In this document: positions 22,070-36,120 of the stretch, piece by piece
Layout: each line of letters begins with the position of its first letter
Numbering within the stretch: the first letter of the stretch is position 1
NCBI GenBank assembly: GCA_951406725.2
Contig: OX597821.1
Coordinates: 49,662,001 to 49,726,000, forward strand
DNA length: 64,000 nucleotides
Reading direction: 5' to 3'
From: Octopus vulgaris
Taxonomy: Eukaryota
Notes under the pieces: model-generated
Told to the model about the DNA's origin: nothing
What the model saw: the letters and a program-made list of their open reading frames with translations, nothing else
Database searches by the model: none
Position numbers and translations under genes: made by a program

Positions 22070-25000
22070 TCACCATGAATAACGGTTCCTTACCTTGTTT
22101 CATGGGTGATGTGAAAGTGTGGTTTACACAGATCAAATTGACATTTCCTGCGAACAATATTGCCTCTGAAGCCCAACAGCTCCATATATTACTTGGTGCA
22201 ATACCACTGTTTCTGACCAGGAGGGACCTGATAACTGAACCCCCACATGATGCCACATATAGGAGCATTAAACAGGAGATTCTTTGATGCATGTCCTTGT
22301 TAGAAGAAAGATTTCAAACCCTCATCAATGACGAGCACTTGGGTGACTGTAAACCCTCGCAACTTCTGCACCGCATAAAGGAATTGGCCCAAAATGCACC
22401 TACTAATAGTGCTTTATTAAAACGACTATTTTTTTCCCAGTTGTTCTCTGACGTCCAAGCCAACCTAACCATGAGCAAATCGCCTCCACTGCCAACAGAA
22501 TCAGAGAATATACCAGCAGCACCACCAAGCCAACCCCAGTACCACCAGATGCATCTGCACACCCACCAGTAGCATCTGTTTCCACAGATAAGGACCTTGC
22601 CTCAGCTGCTATCCTAAAGGTGATAGCTGAATTAACAAGAAAAGTGCAGCTCCTTCGCACTTCCAGGTCAAGTTAACCCAGACAGCATTCTTTTGATTGC
22701 TCCTTCTCACCTCACCGTCGCTCATCCTCTGCTCATTTATCCATGTGCTGGTACCATGCCAAGTTTGGAGCTTCAGCACATAAATGTACCCGACCCTGTA
22801 CTTCTTCTCATCAGGGAAACAACCAGCCAAAGAATTGAGCTCAGTGCATTCTCTGCAGCAGCCAGCGGCCAACTGTGCATTTTTCATAACAGACCAGATA
22901 TCCCATGCCTGCTGTCTTGTAGATAAAGGTGCTGCCTGCAGTATCTGGCCATTAAAACTCCTCACGGATAAACCACTATTATCACCAGTGACTCTACAGG
23001 TGGTGAACCATTCACCAATTCCAGATATCTCGTTTGTTGGATTTAGATCTACGATATGACTTCAGGTAAATTTTTACAGTTGCAGATCTACCTTACCCAA
23101 TATTAACCAAACTGGACTGGGAATCCAGAGGATATTCCAAAGACTGCCATAACCACTCCTTTTGGCGCCTTCGAATTCCTAACTATGTCATTTGGTTTAT
23201 GGAATTCAGCCAGCACATTTCAAAGGTTCATAGGTGAAGTCGTCTGAGACTTAGACTTCGTCTATGCATACATCGACGACATCTTGATAGCTAGCGCCTC
23301 AACTGAGGGACATCGCCATCATGGTTGTCAGCTGTTCGAGTGGTTCAAGACTTACCAAGTGTGGATCAACCCTACCAAATGTATTTTCGCTGCATCTTCT
23401 TTGACCTTCCTAGGTCACATCATCAGCCCCAAAGGCATATCACCACTGTCTGACAAGTTGCTTCCACCCATATCGTTATGTCAGTTCAACATTTCTTGGG
23501 ACTATTTAACTTCTACTGGCACTTTGTTCTGCATTCAGCTGAAATCCTATATCTGCTAAACACACTTCTTCAGAATAGGAAAAAGAGGGATGAGCCAGTA
23601 GCATTGGACTCCACCCAACTTGACTCCTTCAACACAGCAAAGCAGCAACTCACTCAGGCATCGCTTCTTGCTCACCCTGTCGCAGACGCTCAGCTAACCT
23701 TTGTAGTGGATGCTTCCAACACTGCCATAGGCATAGGCATAATGTTACAACAATTTCACCAGCAACAACTCCAGCCTCTTGCCTTTTTCTCTCGGCAGCT
23801 TAAACCAGCCGAAACTCACTACAGCACTTTCATACAGGAGCTGTTAGCTATGTATTTAACAGTCAAACACTTACAGCACACACTCGAGGGACGCCAATTC
23901 ACAATTTTTACCAACTACATTCCACTCACCTTTGCCCTGTGCTTGAAGCCTGACAATTACTCTCTGTGGGTAACCAGACATTTGGATTTCATTTCTCAAT
24001 TTACCTCTGACATTTGCCATATCTCTGGTGTATATAACACTGCAGCAGATGCCTTATCACGCCTACCACTGAATTCGCTGTTGTCACCAACAGACATCGA
24101 CCTGCATCTTCTGGCTAAAGATCAACCTCGCTTAGAGACAATTGATATGTCCTCACCCGCCTTTGCCACATGCAACTTCAAGTACTTTCTAGTACCCATA
24201 TCTGATGCACAAATTTTGTGCAGTACTTCCATGAATTCTTCTTGTCCTTTCATTCCGGAGACCTACAGTGAAACTCTGCCACAGTGAAACTCATTTTGGC
24301 TAGATTCTTTTGACCAAATATGAGATGAGACATCACTGCTTGGTCACGCTCCTGCCTTTTCTGTCAAAGGTGCATAGGCACGTCCGTGCACCCCTTGGCA
24401 CATTCAACACACTAGATGTGTATTTCAACCATGTACACATCGACCTTGTCGGACCTTGACCAGTCAGCCAGGGATATACCTACCTGCTCACCTGCATTGA
24501 TTGTTTCACACGTTGGCCAGAAGCTATTCCTTTAGTAGATATCACTGCAGAATCTGTTGCCAAAGCTTTTCTTACAGGATGGATATCACGGTACAGATTC
24601 CATACCACCATCACTACTGACCGTGGAAAACAGTTTGAATCACAACTCTTCCATGAGCTCACGAAGACCATAGGCGCACATTGGATTCGAACCACCAGTA
24701 ACCATCCACAATTCAACGGTATGGTGGAATGATCCCACTGTCAAATGAAAGCTGCTTCGCATGCTTACCCAGATCAGCAGCGTTGGAGCAAATATCTTCC
24801 AATAGTCCTCCTTGGCTGTCGAGCCTCAATAAAGGAGCATCTCGTTTATTCCCCAGCAGAACTTGTTTATAGCTCACCTCTTTCATTGCCAGGTCAGATG
24901 ATGGCCCCAGTGGATCTGTCCACACAAGACCCCACTATGTACATACACAGACTTTGCAAATACATGCAAGAACTGTCACCCATGTCAACACAACACCAAA

Positions 25001-26230
25001 CCACTAAATCATCAGTTCCAAAAGACATTGATTCTTGGACCCATGTGTTTCTATGAAAAGACGCTGTGAAAACCCCTCTCACACCTCCATACATGGGACC
25101 CTATTGCGTCCTGTCACACACAGACAAACTATATACTATAGACATTAATGGTAAAAAGGAAACTGTCTCAATAGACAGGCTTAAGCGGGCATACACAATA
25201 CCACCTCATACACCTCCCACATTCACAGTACAACATAAAACAAATGCTACTCCGCTGCAACAACCACCAACACCATCACACACACCAACCCCTCCTCTAT
25301 TTACATACATCACTACTACTCATAGTGGTCACCATGTACATTGGCCCACCAAACTATTTAAAACTATACACATCTGAACTATAATGAACTATTAGTGAAC
25401 TTAGCAAAAGCTTTTCAACATGTATCACCAACATTGCAGTTTTGTTCTTCACAGTATTCCTTTGAACTTTACCTAATCGACTTGAAAAATTTGCTTATTT
25501 CTTTGTGTTCATATTCTATTTACTCTAACCATGCTTTGCCTTTTCATTTCAGTTGCACATTTTTTATTGTATTGCATCCTTATGTTTGTATTCCATGTCC
25601 TTACCTGCTTTTTGCACTGCATATTTACATATGCCATCTCTACTTTTTTTTTACTCTTTCAAGTCTAGCAGGAGGCTATGCAGCAGAGCTACATATTACA
25701 TAGTAACATGTGAGTAGGCGAATACAGTGATGAGGCATCTCGCCTCACTTTGATACACTAGCCTCGCTTTGATACAGTAGCCTCGTTCTGAGACACTAGC
25801 CTCATTCTGAGCTACATGGCTACCAGTTCCTGCCAGATTTCACTCAAAGACACATGTCTTCTCTGTAGCTCCACGTGCAAGTTTCCTACATGTGACTCAC
25901 ATGTCTATTCACCTTGATACAAGATATACGGTTCATAAACAATGATATTTTATCACACACACATTCTCAAAATGACTGTTCCCATTACACACATGCATAC
26001 ATATAGTAATACAAATATCATATGTTACTTCTTTCAGTGCAAAAGCAAACATCAAAACTTTCTTTGTATGTAAACACACATGTTTTTGTAACATACTACA
26101 TGCATCGACCACAAAAGGTGAACACAAAATACACAATATATTTATACACGAAAATGTCTTACAGTGATTCATACTAACTGTTTTTCCATTTAATAACATG
26201 CACTTGAACAGCCAACGACAGCCACTATAC
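22070..26230 (+). mobile_element. Degenerate Gypsy LTR retrotransposon (gag, PR, partial RT, RNase H, IN, 3' LTR); no 5' LTR seen
   Basis: gag (LGDCKPSQLL), protease (LVDKGAACS), RT (KTAITTPFG, YIDD), RNase H (VDASN, AFFSRQL, ELLA), integrase (HIDLVGP, RWPEA, TDRGKQF); purine-rich tract then LTR at about 25679-26230, partly repeated at 35493-35823. Confidence 0.85.
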
Positions 26231-26840
26231 AGTAATCATCCAAGTCACTTTTAATCAATTGCCAATATTCACAGACACACAGACAATTTCAATTATCCAT
26301 ATCACCTTTTAATGATTACAAACATTCACAACTGAGTTAACTTTTAGTCTCTAATATTGGTCTTTAAATTAGCAGTTGAAATTTTGTGATTGAATCTCCT
26401 GTTTTACCAAAGCCGAAACTTTGAAAATAGTAATTACCTTTGACTTTAAGTATCAGATTCCCAAGATATTGTTAAATCATTATCCACCTCTAATGCCTCA
26501 CAGTTGTGTGTTAAAAATAGACGTTTACTGTCAGAACTGGAGATTTATTGATATTCCTGTTAGCCACCACTTATCTTACAATGTTGTTTATTAGATAAGA
26601 CTAATAGACAGTACTCTCTTCAAGTGACACAAGTCTTCTATTTGGATGAAGACAATGTGTAGTGGATATAGTGATAGATAGTGAGAAAAGACAGGGTACT
26701 CACACCTGGAAAACTTTTTATCATAAGACTGCTAAGTCAGAATTGAGCTGAGGTTAAACAACAACAATAACATCATAAAAATACATAGCCTCAGCACAAA
26801 TTGATGAGACAAACGGACAGATTATCGAAGAATTTCTTAC

Positions 26841-26989
26841 CAAATCCGCTCTTGTTGGTTATAGGTCGTTGGCACCGGATACATTTTTTAAGCTTCTTTT
26901 TGGAATAGCAATTTGAACATGTCACTGTATGTTTGCATGGATAGAATTTTACAGTGGCCTGGTTATCTTTGCACAATAAGCATTGCAGA
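26841..26989 (-). CDS. ANK-RING-DEATH gene, exon 8 (C3HC4 RING, Mind-bomb/IAP type)
   Basis: TTTGATAG acceptor, G|GTAAG donor, phase 2-1; CLLC...FYPCKHTVTCSNC...CIRC. Confidence 0.85.
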
Positions 26990-27109
26990 CTATCAAATAA
27001 AAATACCAAAAACATTACAAGTATCAAGCAGATTACAGACAATATTATTATAATATTCACATTAAACATCTTTTGTAAAAACATCATTAAGTAACATTAT
27101 TAACCCTTT

Positions 27110-28090
27110 AAGAAGGAATCCATTGATGTTACAGTAACAAAAGGCATAGCTAATCCCTGTGATACTGTTATTGTAAAGAAGATATAATTAATCCCACTGC
27201 CATTGTTACCTTGAAGAAGATATAACTAATTCCTGTGATGTTAAAGTGAAGACAACATAATTAATCCCACAGCTATTGTTATAAGGAAGAAAAATATATC
27301 TAAGGATCTTTTCTGCTTGGCTGCCACTTTTCAGTTTCTATTTTTTGTTCCAAATATGAATGTTTGGTAAGTGGGTGTAGTTTTGTAAAGTAATCATTGA
27401 CATGAAATTCAATTTCCCCATAAATCATTAACTAAAGAGTTAATAGCTTTTAAAATTGCCAAATTTTGGGTTATTTTAGCCAATTCGAAAGCCAGACATA
27501 TAGTTGCTTGTTTCCATAGTAAGAAGCCAAACTGTCAATGAGCTGCTAACCATGCATTCTTTTTGTTACTTATTAAATGCTTAAAATACATGCGGTGTGA
27601 GATGTGCTAAAAATAACAGCTAAATAGGCCTTAAATCATGCACAAAATTTCTATTTGGTTTTGCATTATCATATGAATTTCCTTGATTAGAATACAAATT
27701 TGCAAACATTTTCTGAAAATTCCCAAAAATAAAAGTTATGAGGGGTTATATGGCATGTGTGACGCAGAATTCCGTTAATGTTTCATTTGTTTACAGTTGA
27801 CAACACGTACAGTCATGCACAAAATGACAGCTTCCAAATCCTATTTTCTAACAGGCTAAAAATGATCAAACTTTAAACCACTGTAACTTTTTTAAAAAAA
27901 TTTCTGGAAAAAGTGAATTATCTCCCAAGATTCAGCATGGAAAATTACATAAGTACACCAAATTTCAAAATTTTCAAAAAACTTTGAAATTTCCACAGGT
28001 GCAGTCAAACAGAAAAGATCAATAACTAATTCCATTGGTGTTGTTATAATAAAGAAAACATCACTAAACTCTGTGATGTCGTTATAGTAA
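27110..28090. repeat. Minisatellite of about 42 bp interrupted by a MITE
   Basis: AAGATATAA(C/T)TAAT(C/T)CC...TGTTA units on both sides of 27304-28021. Confidence 0.6.
27304..28021. mobile_element. Merlin-like non-autonomous element
   Basis: TIRs GGATCTTTTCTGCTTGGCTGC ... GCAGTCAAACAGAAAAGATCA; 8-bp TSD ATATCTAA/ATAACTAA. Confidence 0.75.
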
Positions 28091-28691
28091 AAATGTAGGA
28101 GTTAGTTTAAGGGTTATTTGTAGCAACAGCATTGATAGAAATAAAAATAAATTATGTTAATTATGTGAAAAAGTATGTATTATGTTAAATTGTACAGTAG
28201 TACAGTGTCTAATTTTGTTGGTAAAGTGTACAAGTGGGTAATTCTAGAGAGATTTAAGCTGACACTTCAGGTGTAAACAGTAAAATTAATTACATTTTAT
28301 CTCTTTGAGTACAGTGTAGTGTCAAAAACAAACAGTTATTGCTTCATGAGTAAACTAATTAAACTAATTAAAATTAAATGAACTTTCTCTGTTCAAAAAT
28401 ACACAGTAGTGACTAAAAAGAAATTTGCTATTGATCCAAGTATAAACTAATTAAAGCTAATTGTGCTTTATACATTCAAGAGTACAGTCTTGAACACACT
28501 GGTGTTGCTTAATGTGTAAATCAATTAAAACTTATTAAAACTAATTAAATTTTATTTTCCCATGATTACACTGTAGTGTCTAAAATAAACACTGCTACTG
28601 CTTCATTAATTCCCTTAAATGTAATAATGTACAAAATACAAAATACAAAACAATTTGCTGGGTTATGCCCCAATGTTTAGTGAATACGTAC

Positions 28692-28867
28692 TGAATGGAC
28701 ACAAATCTGTTGAGTTTCTCTTTTAAATTCGAATTACAAATGATGTCAAGAGGGGTCCTATTTTTTTTGTTTTTGTGATGAAAATTTGCTCCTTCTTCTG
28801 CTAAATAACAAGCTACAGCAACAGCAGATAGTCTGTCTTCCTTGTTCAAGCTGAGTTGAGAGCAAAT
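28692..28867 (-). CDS. ANK-RING-DEATH gene, exon 7 (last Mind-bomb-type ankyrin repeat)
   Basis: TTTATAG acceptor, CA|GTACGT donor, phase 0-2; SAVAVACYLAEEGANFHHKNKKNRTPLDI resembles the final ankyrin repeat of MIB1/MIB2. Confidence 0.85.
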
Positions 28868-29946
28868 CTATAAACAATGAAATAATGTTTCAGTCCCATT
28901 GCATTAACTGAATGCCATAACATACACAAACACCTTAACAGACACAACAATATTTACACTACAGTTACACAACAAATAGCCCACCCCCACATACACACAT
29001 ATACATACAAATATCAGTACATCTGCATACATACACACACACACAAATATATACATACATATGTGTGTATGTGAAAATATGTGGCCTATTGGTTAGAGTA
29101 CGACACTCACAATTGCAAAACCATGGTTCAAATTATGTTTCACTGCACAGCATCTTAGGCACTATCTACTAATATAGCCACAGGCTTATGAGAGGTGTTT
29201 GGTAGATGGAAACTGAAAGAATGACATAGTATAAATGAGTTGAGAGAAAAACTGAGCAACAGAGGAATCAGATATAATGTGCAAGAAATAAGATTGTGCA
29301 GTTACAAGCATGTGATGAGTATGGATCAAGACAGCTATATAAAGAAATGCTGATCATTAAATGTGGCTGTTACTTGTGGACAAGTAAGACCCAGGGTGAT
29401 ATGATGAAGGCTGACCACAGGATTCTGAGTCTGATAATTGAAATGACAAAGGACCAGAATCTCTGGTGATACAAGAAACTCGAGAAGACCCACCCATTGC
29501 AGCTGATCTGACTCCTTGAAGCACTGTGCATGTATATATTGTTTATATGTGTGCCTACCTACCTTCTTACCTACCTACCTACCTACCTACCTACCTACCT
29601 ACCTACCTACCTACCTGCCTGCTTGCCTGCCTGCCTAGCTGTTTGCCTACCTGCATGCCTGCTTACGTATGTCATCATCATCATCATCGTTTAACGTCCG
29701 CTTTCCATGCTAGCATGGGTTGGACGGTTCAACTGGGGTCCGGGAAGCCCGAAGGCTGCACCAGGCCAATATATATATATATTATATATATGATATATGA
29801 TATATATATATTATAAGTTCAGCAAAATTTAGATTCAAATGAATATGGTACTTAAGTTAGATGCACCAGAATTTTGCATAGTGTTATTCATATAAATCCA
29901 TGGGGTGATTATAATCAAAATAAGCAACAAGAATATCTTTGGTAAT

Positions 29947-30034
29947 TTGGTACGATCGTTTCACGCTACATCATTTTACTTAAACATTGTAAGTTATTAC
30001 AACAGTTTTAAAATGTTGAGCAACCATCAGCCAT
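29947..30034 (-). ncRNA. Degenerate type-I hammerhead motif in a Penelope-like remnant
   Basis: UGG-CUGAUGG-...CAUUUUA...UAAAAUG...-GAAA-C-GAUC-G-UA|CCA; core A9 is changed to G; stem III is palindromic. Confidence 0.4.
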
Positions 30035-30209
30035 TTATAGAGGGTTTCCATTAATACATATTTTCATATTGATTGATAACATTATAAAGAGGGTAGATAT
30101 ATAGACAGAGATGTCGATTTGAATTTTAAGAACATTAAGGTATTAGAATTTATCTTCTGACTGAAGAATATTTTTAAAGTTATTTTGAACTTGTAGTAGT
30201 TCAAAATAA

Positions 30210-30282
<73 letters not shown>

Positions 30283-30420
30283 CTGTGAGTTTGGAGGGAT
30301 ATATCATCTGGGTGGATACTGTGCTGGCTATCAGTTATGTTCCAGGTTACAGTTAACCACATCGATTAGTATTTAACATCTATGACTGTAAATTCCTCCA
30401 ATGGGTAAATTCTATCTATC

Positions 30421-30486
<66 letters not shown>

Positions 30487-30496
30487 GAAAAAAAAT

Positions 30497-30890
30497 AGTG
30501 GCTGTGTGGTAAGTAGCTTGCTAACCAACCACATGGTTCCAGGTTCAGTCCCACTGCGTGGCATCTTGGGAAAGTGTCTTCTGCTATAGCCCCGGGCCGA
30601 CCAATGCCTTGTGAGTGGATTTGGTAGACGGAAACTGAAAGAAGCCTGTCGGATATATGTATATATATATATGTATGCGTGTGTGTTTTTGTGTGTCTGT
30701 GTTTGTCCCCCTAGCATTGCTTGACAACCGATGCTGGTGTGTTTACGTCCCCGTCACTTAGCGGTTCGGCAAAAGAGACCGATAGAATAAGTACTGGGCT
30801 TCCAAAGAATAAGTCCCAGGGTTGATTTGCTTGACTAAAGGCGGTGCTCCAGCATGGCCGCAGTCAAATGACTGAAACAAGTAAAAGAGT
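30497..30890 (+). mobile_element. SINE family A (young)
   Basis: Near identical to 61-440. Confidence 0.9.
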
Positions 30891-30979
30891 ATATATATAG
30901 GTGTGTGTGTGTGGGTGTGTGTGTGGGTGCACGTATGTATGTATACACACACACATATATAGTTTATGTACTATATAAC

Positions 30980-31240
30980 GTGGTTGATGCCAGCCCCACT
31001 GCCCCAACTGGCTCCTATATCGGTAGCACATAAAAAGCACCATCCGAACATGGCCGATGCCAGTGCCACCTGACTGGCTCCTGTGACAGTGGCACGTAAA
31101 AAGCACCCACTACACTCTTGGAGTAGTTGGCGTTAGGAAAGGTATCCTGTAGTAGAACATTGCCAGATCAGATTGGAGCCTAGTGAGGCCTCTTGGCTTG
31201 TCAGTCCCCAGTCAAACTGTCCAACCCATACCAGCATGGT
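30980..31240 (+). mobile_element. SINE family C
   Basis: AAAAAGCACCCACTACAC...GTTGGCGTTAGGAAAGG...CCAACCCAT core. Confidence 0.75.
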
Positions 31241-31249
31241 ATGGGTTAC

Positions 31250-34200
31250 ATTCTTCCTTAGATCTTCTTTTGAGTCTTACTTGCATTATCCTGGCTTCTT
31301 CAAATGCTTCCACTGCACACCTTTGTTCGCCATCCAACTTGATCTGAAACAAGGGTTTCTATATCTTCTGGAACCATTTCAAGTGACTTCATAGTAGTCC
31401 TTATGCCGTCCTTGAACCTGTTTTTAGGTTTACACCGATAGCATTTCCCCTCTGCCAGCTGTTCATCTGCCATTCAAACAATATGGCCATACCATCTCAA
31501 TCGGTTCCTTAAAATCATAGCTTTAATTGAGGTGGTGCATGCAGATGCAAGGACATCTGTGTTTAGAGTAAAAGAACTCCATTTAATTTTTAAAATGCGA
31601 TGAAGGCATTTTTGGTGGAATTGTTCTAACAATTTAAAATGCCTTCCATAACAATTCCAAGTTTCACAGGAATACAACAGGAACGGTAAGACAATGATTT
31701 GTAAAGAGCCAGCTTTGTATTCTTATTTATATGTCGCCAACACCAAATGCATGACTCCAAGCCACCAAATGTTTTTTCTGCCCTTTGAATTCACAGCTGT
31801 ATTTCTTTATCAAGATTTCCATAATTTTGAACAGAGTTTCCAAGGTAGTTGAACAAATCGACAACCTCAAGTAACTTAACTGTAACAAAAATTTTAGTGG
31901 GGTTACAAACAGCACCACATGCAGGTTGATGCATTACAATTGTTTTTTCAAGTCGATGGTCAAGCCAAAATTATCACAAGCTGAGTCAAATGCAGATACA
32001 AGAGATTGCAGATTTGTTTCAGAATGACTGACAAGATCACAATCGTCAGTGTACAAAAGTTCCCTAATGAGTGAAGTAAAAACCTTCATTTTGAATTTCA
32101 GTCTGCTCAGATTAAAACATTCCCTGTTGTTTGATATTTTATGCAAATACCCTACTCAGAGTTTTGAAAAGCATGTGACAACACAACAGCAAAGGTCTCC
32201 TTACTTTACTCCATTTTCCACAGCAAATTCTGAGAGCCTAACACCAAAATTAACTTTAGCTATCATATCTTGATGTAAAGCCCTGATCATGTTTACAAAT
32301 TTTTCTGGGCAACCTATTTTCCTTAGAATTAGCCACAGAGCATTTCGATTAATAGTATTGAATGCTTTGCTCAAATCAACAAAGCAATGGTATAGAGCAA
32401 GATTCTGTTCAATGCACTTTTCTTGTAATTGTCTGACAGTAAAGATACAATTCCTGGCGGAACGAAAACCACACTGAGACTCAGATACTATATTTGGAAC
32501 TATAAGAGTATTTAAATGTTCTAACAAAATGTGGGCAAGTACCTTTCCAACCACAGACAAGAGCAAAGTCCCACGAAAATTACCACAGAGATCCTTTAGC
32601 CCCGATTTATACAAGGAGACTAAAATGGCATCAATCTAGTCTTGAGGCACCTTCTCAGTTTCTCCAACAGTGACAAATTAATATATTTAAGAGTTCAAAC
32701 ATTTTATCACCTCCATATTTCAAGACTTCTGCACAGATTCCATCAGACCCTGGAGACTTATTGTTATTCAGCTTATTCACAGCTAAATAAGTGTCATTTA
32801 GAGTTGGTTCAAATGCCATCTCTTTTATAACTGGAAGGTGTTCAATTTTTTCTATTGTCCTCATGTCAACGGATGATGGTCTGTTAAAGGTGCAGAAAAA
32901 TGTTCTACCCAACGCTTATGAATTGAAGTGGTGTCAGTCAGAAGAAAACACCCATTTGCTGTTCTCACTGGAGCTATTTTGGGCCATATACCTCCTTAAG
33001 ATAAGAGTCCAAACCCTTGGCATCATTTCTGTCAGCTGCTTCTTGTGTACCTTTTGCTCTAATATTCCACCATTCCTGTTTAATTTTCCTTAGAGCAGTC
33101 TACACTTTCCCTTTCAGCTTTCTGTAAGCCTCGTTTGAGTTGGGGTTCAAGGACTAAGAAAGAAGTGTGTTGCCTAAGTTTTGTTTTTCTAAAAGTAGAT
33201 CATGAATTTCTGCTGATCTATCTGAAAACCAGTCACTGGACTTATGTGATTTAAATCCCACTGATGAACATGCAGCCTGAAGTACTTTTATTTTGAAATC
33301 TTCCCATAGATTGTTTGGGTCAAGATTGATACTTTCTATAGTATCGTGGAATCTTTGCAAGTTGCTTGATGATTTAAAGTTTGCATCATTTAGCTTTTTG
33401 GGTACCTTAGGACCAGACTGTCGATTTTTAAGCATTATCGAAAAATCTATTTTCCCACACACTTGATGATGGTCAGTCCAGCTCTCTGCCCCTCACATGG
33501 CCCGAACGCTAGAAATGTCTTTCATATCACATTTTCTGATCAGAATATAATCTATGAGATGCCAGTGCTTAGATCTTGGGTGCATCCAGGTGGTTTTATA
33601 TTTATTTTTCTGCTTAAATAGAGTGTTAATGACAACTAGATTATTCTCAGTACAAAACGTCAAAAAAGCTACTCCATTTTTTATTGCATTTTCCAAACCC
33701 ATGTCGACCTAAAACAGACCATGAAACATAGTCCTTTCCAACTCTTGCATTGAAATCTCCCAATATGACCGACTTGTCATAAATTGGTACTTTCCCCAAT
33801 AATTGTGCTTCATCATTATCAAACTGTCCTACAGTTTCATCAGAATGGGATATTGTTGGTACATAAATACTGGCAACAGTAAGAAACCTACTTTTTGCCA
33901 GTTTAATATGGCATGACATGATCCGCTCAGATATACTACTTGGAAGCTCTGCAATAAAAGATACTAATGTATTCTTGAAAGCAAACCCAACATCAGACTC
34001 TCTACGCTGACCCTTAGGTAGGCCTCTCCAAAAGTTAGTATATCCATAAATAGGTTAATTTACTTGACCCTCACCAGAGTGACTAGTTTCAGAGAGCGCA
34101 ACTATACCAAGGGAATATTTCTTAAGCTTACACGCAATAAGTGCAGTACGCCTTTCTGGCCTTTTCTTGAAATTACCATCAAGAAGTGTGCCCACATTCC

Positions 34201-34690
34201 AACAACCAAAATTCAAAGGATGTTTATTTTTACTTTTTCTTGAAGATTGTTTGACCACAGTGGCAGGATGATGACTGGGTCCAACCTGTGATGCACTGGG
34301 ACACCTGCTGAGCCAAACCTGTTCCCTTGACATTCCCAAGCCTTTTTTGCCATTTACTGAATTTGTTTGAGACATTTTAGAGTAAGTTACAAGTGCATTT
34401 TTAAGTTTCTTCCAACCAACCAATTAAATGATTTTGCTAAGATTTGAAGTACAGGAAGTAGCTGTGCAGATGAATAATTTTCAGTGGGTGTAGCTTGCAC
34501 TGCACTACCCTCACCTATTGACCCAAGAAGACTTTCACCGGTGTGACATGAAAATTAACAAAACCAGGAACTTCCAGGCCTCGGGTTTTATTCTGGAGAT
34601 TTCCTTCTCCTAGGTAGATTACCAACCAAGGTTAAAGGTTGCCTGCATTATGACTTCCTGGATGGTTAAGGCATCCCAAAATCAAGATAT
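31250..34690 (-). mobile_element. Near full-length degenerate RTE (BovB-like) LINE
   Basis: APE (FGCWNVGTLLD...RPERRTALIA...ALSET; GDFNARVG; TWMHPRSKHWHLIDY), RT (SPGSDGI, QCGFR, FVDLSKAF, LLYTDDC) and C-terminal YSCETW/RLRWYGH, with many frameshifts. Confidence 0.9.
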
Positions 34691-35239
34691 CTTGGATGTC
34701 ATAACCAGATCAGTGTGAGATGCCATTTGAACATAGGCTATACTATGTCCTCTGAAACTCACTTCCATTCCGCCTTGTTCTGGAACTCTGCTGAGCTGCT
34801 TCTCCTAGTGTCTTAAGAACTCTAGTTCTCTTTTCCCCAGAAACTGAGAACCGCTTGATGAGATCATAGGTAGATTTGTCCACAGTCCCTTCAATCCCAC
34901 TTCTGTGGTCAGGACTTTCTCTTCAAAAAAAGAATCACCCATTAATCATGATCAGTGCTTAGATAGAGCTTCCAGTTTTGGGGGCTCACTGTCATTGTGG
35001 ATTTCACCTGAGAAATGCACATCTTTAACATAGCAATATTCTATTCTGACCAGAAAATACTTCAGGCCCCAGCAATTATTGATACTCTGTTAAAGCTCTG
35101 GTGAAGTCTACAATGGGATATTGCTCTAATACCTAGGATGGTACTGCTGTATGTACAGACATCCTAGACTGTGTTCAACTCCCTAGGCCTCACATTAATT
35201 ACTATGTCTAGTCCTTCCTAGAACATCAGCCCTCTGAGA

Positions 35240-36120
35240 TTTCATTCTCACTCTCTGCCATGCTTACCTGAGAGTGTGGGTTTTCTCCTGTACAAAATGA
35301 GATCCTTTGCCATCCCTTTTGTAATGGTTCAGCATTCTGATATCAGTTTTTATCCCTTCATCTCATGTCTTTCTAGATCTTACTCTTTCCCAGGCACCAT
35401 CCACTCACAGCATATGTCCATGCCATCACAGTCTTCCATTTTACAAATATCTGATTCCTCTGACACAGTTTTTCTCTCAGTTTTTTCTCCCACTTGTGAC
35501 TCATATGTCTATTTACCTCAACACACGATATATGGTTCATAAACAAAGATATTTTAGTACACACACATTCTCAAAATGATTGTTCTCATTACACACACGC
35601 ATACATACTATAATACAAATATTATATGTTACTTCTTTCAAAATTCAAAACTTTCTTTGTATGTAAACACATATGTTTTTGTATCTTACTACATGCTGCC
35701 ACCAGAAAAGGTGGACACAGAATAAACAATATATTTATACACAAAAATGTCTTATGGTGATTCATACTAACTGTTTTTCCATTTAATAACACAGACTTGA
35801 ACAGCCAATGACAGCCGCTATATAGTCACAACCATATATCTATCCTGTTTTTTGTGAGAATGAAGTCTATCTAGCTTTATGTTCACAATATTCACAGATG
35901 ATTAGGTGGTTGGCTGGTTCTGAAGTTAGTGTTGTAAATAAGTCATTTGCCGTGCCTGATTCCAGGAGCCCTGGTCTCTTGTCATTCTTTGCATCATACC
36001 CACAGCAATCATGTACACTTTGGAAGCTCTCCTGTTGTTGTCCAACATGAATATTGAAGTCACTTGTTATAAAAGCACAGCCAAGGAATCATGTAGTACT
36101 GTAGATCTGATAATTCTGTA
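35240..36120 (-). mobile_element. RTE LINE fragments interrupted by an LTR piece
   Basis: SDFNIHVGQQ APE-like motif near 36050; RT-upstream remnants at about 35250-35450. Confidence 0.45.
35493..35823 (+). mobile_element. Partial solo LTR of the Gypsy family at 22070-26230
   Basis: Colinear with about 25890-26230 (GGTTCATAAACAA...GAACAGCCAA.GACAGCC.CTATA). Confidence 0.75.
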
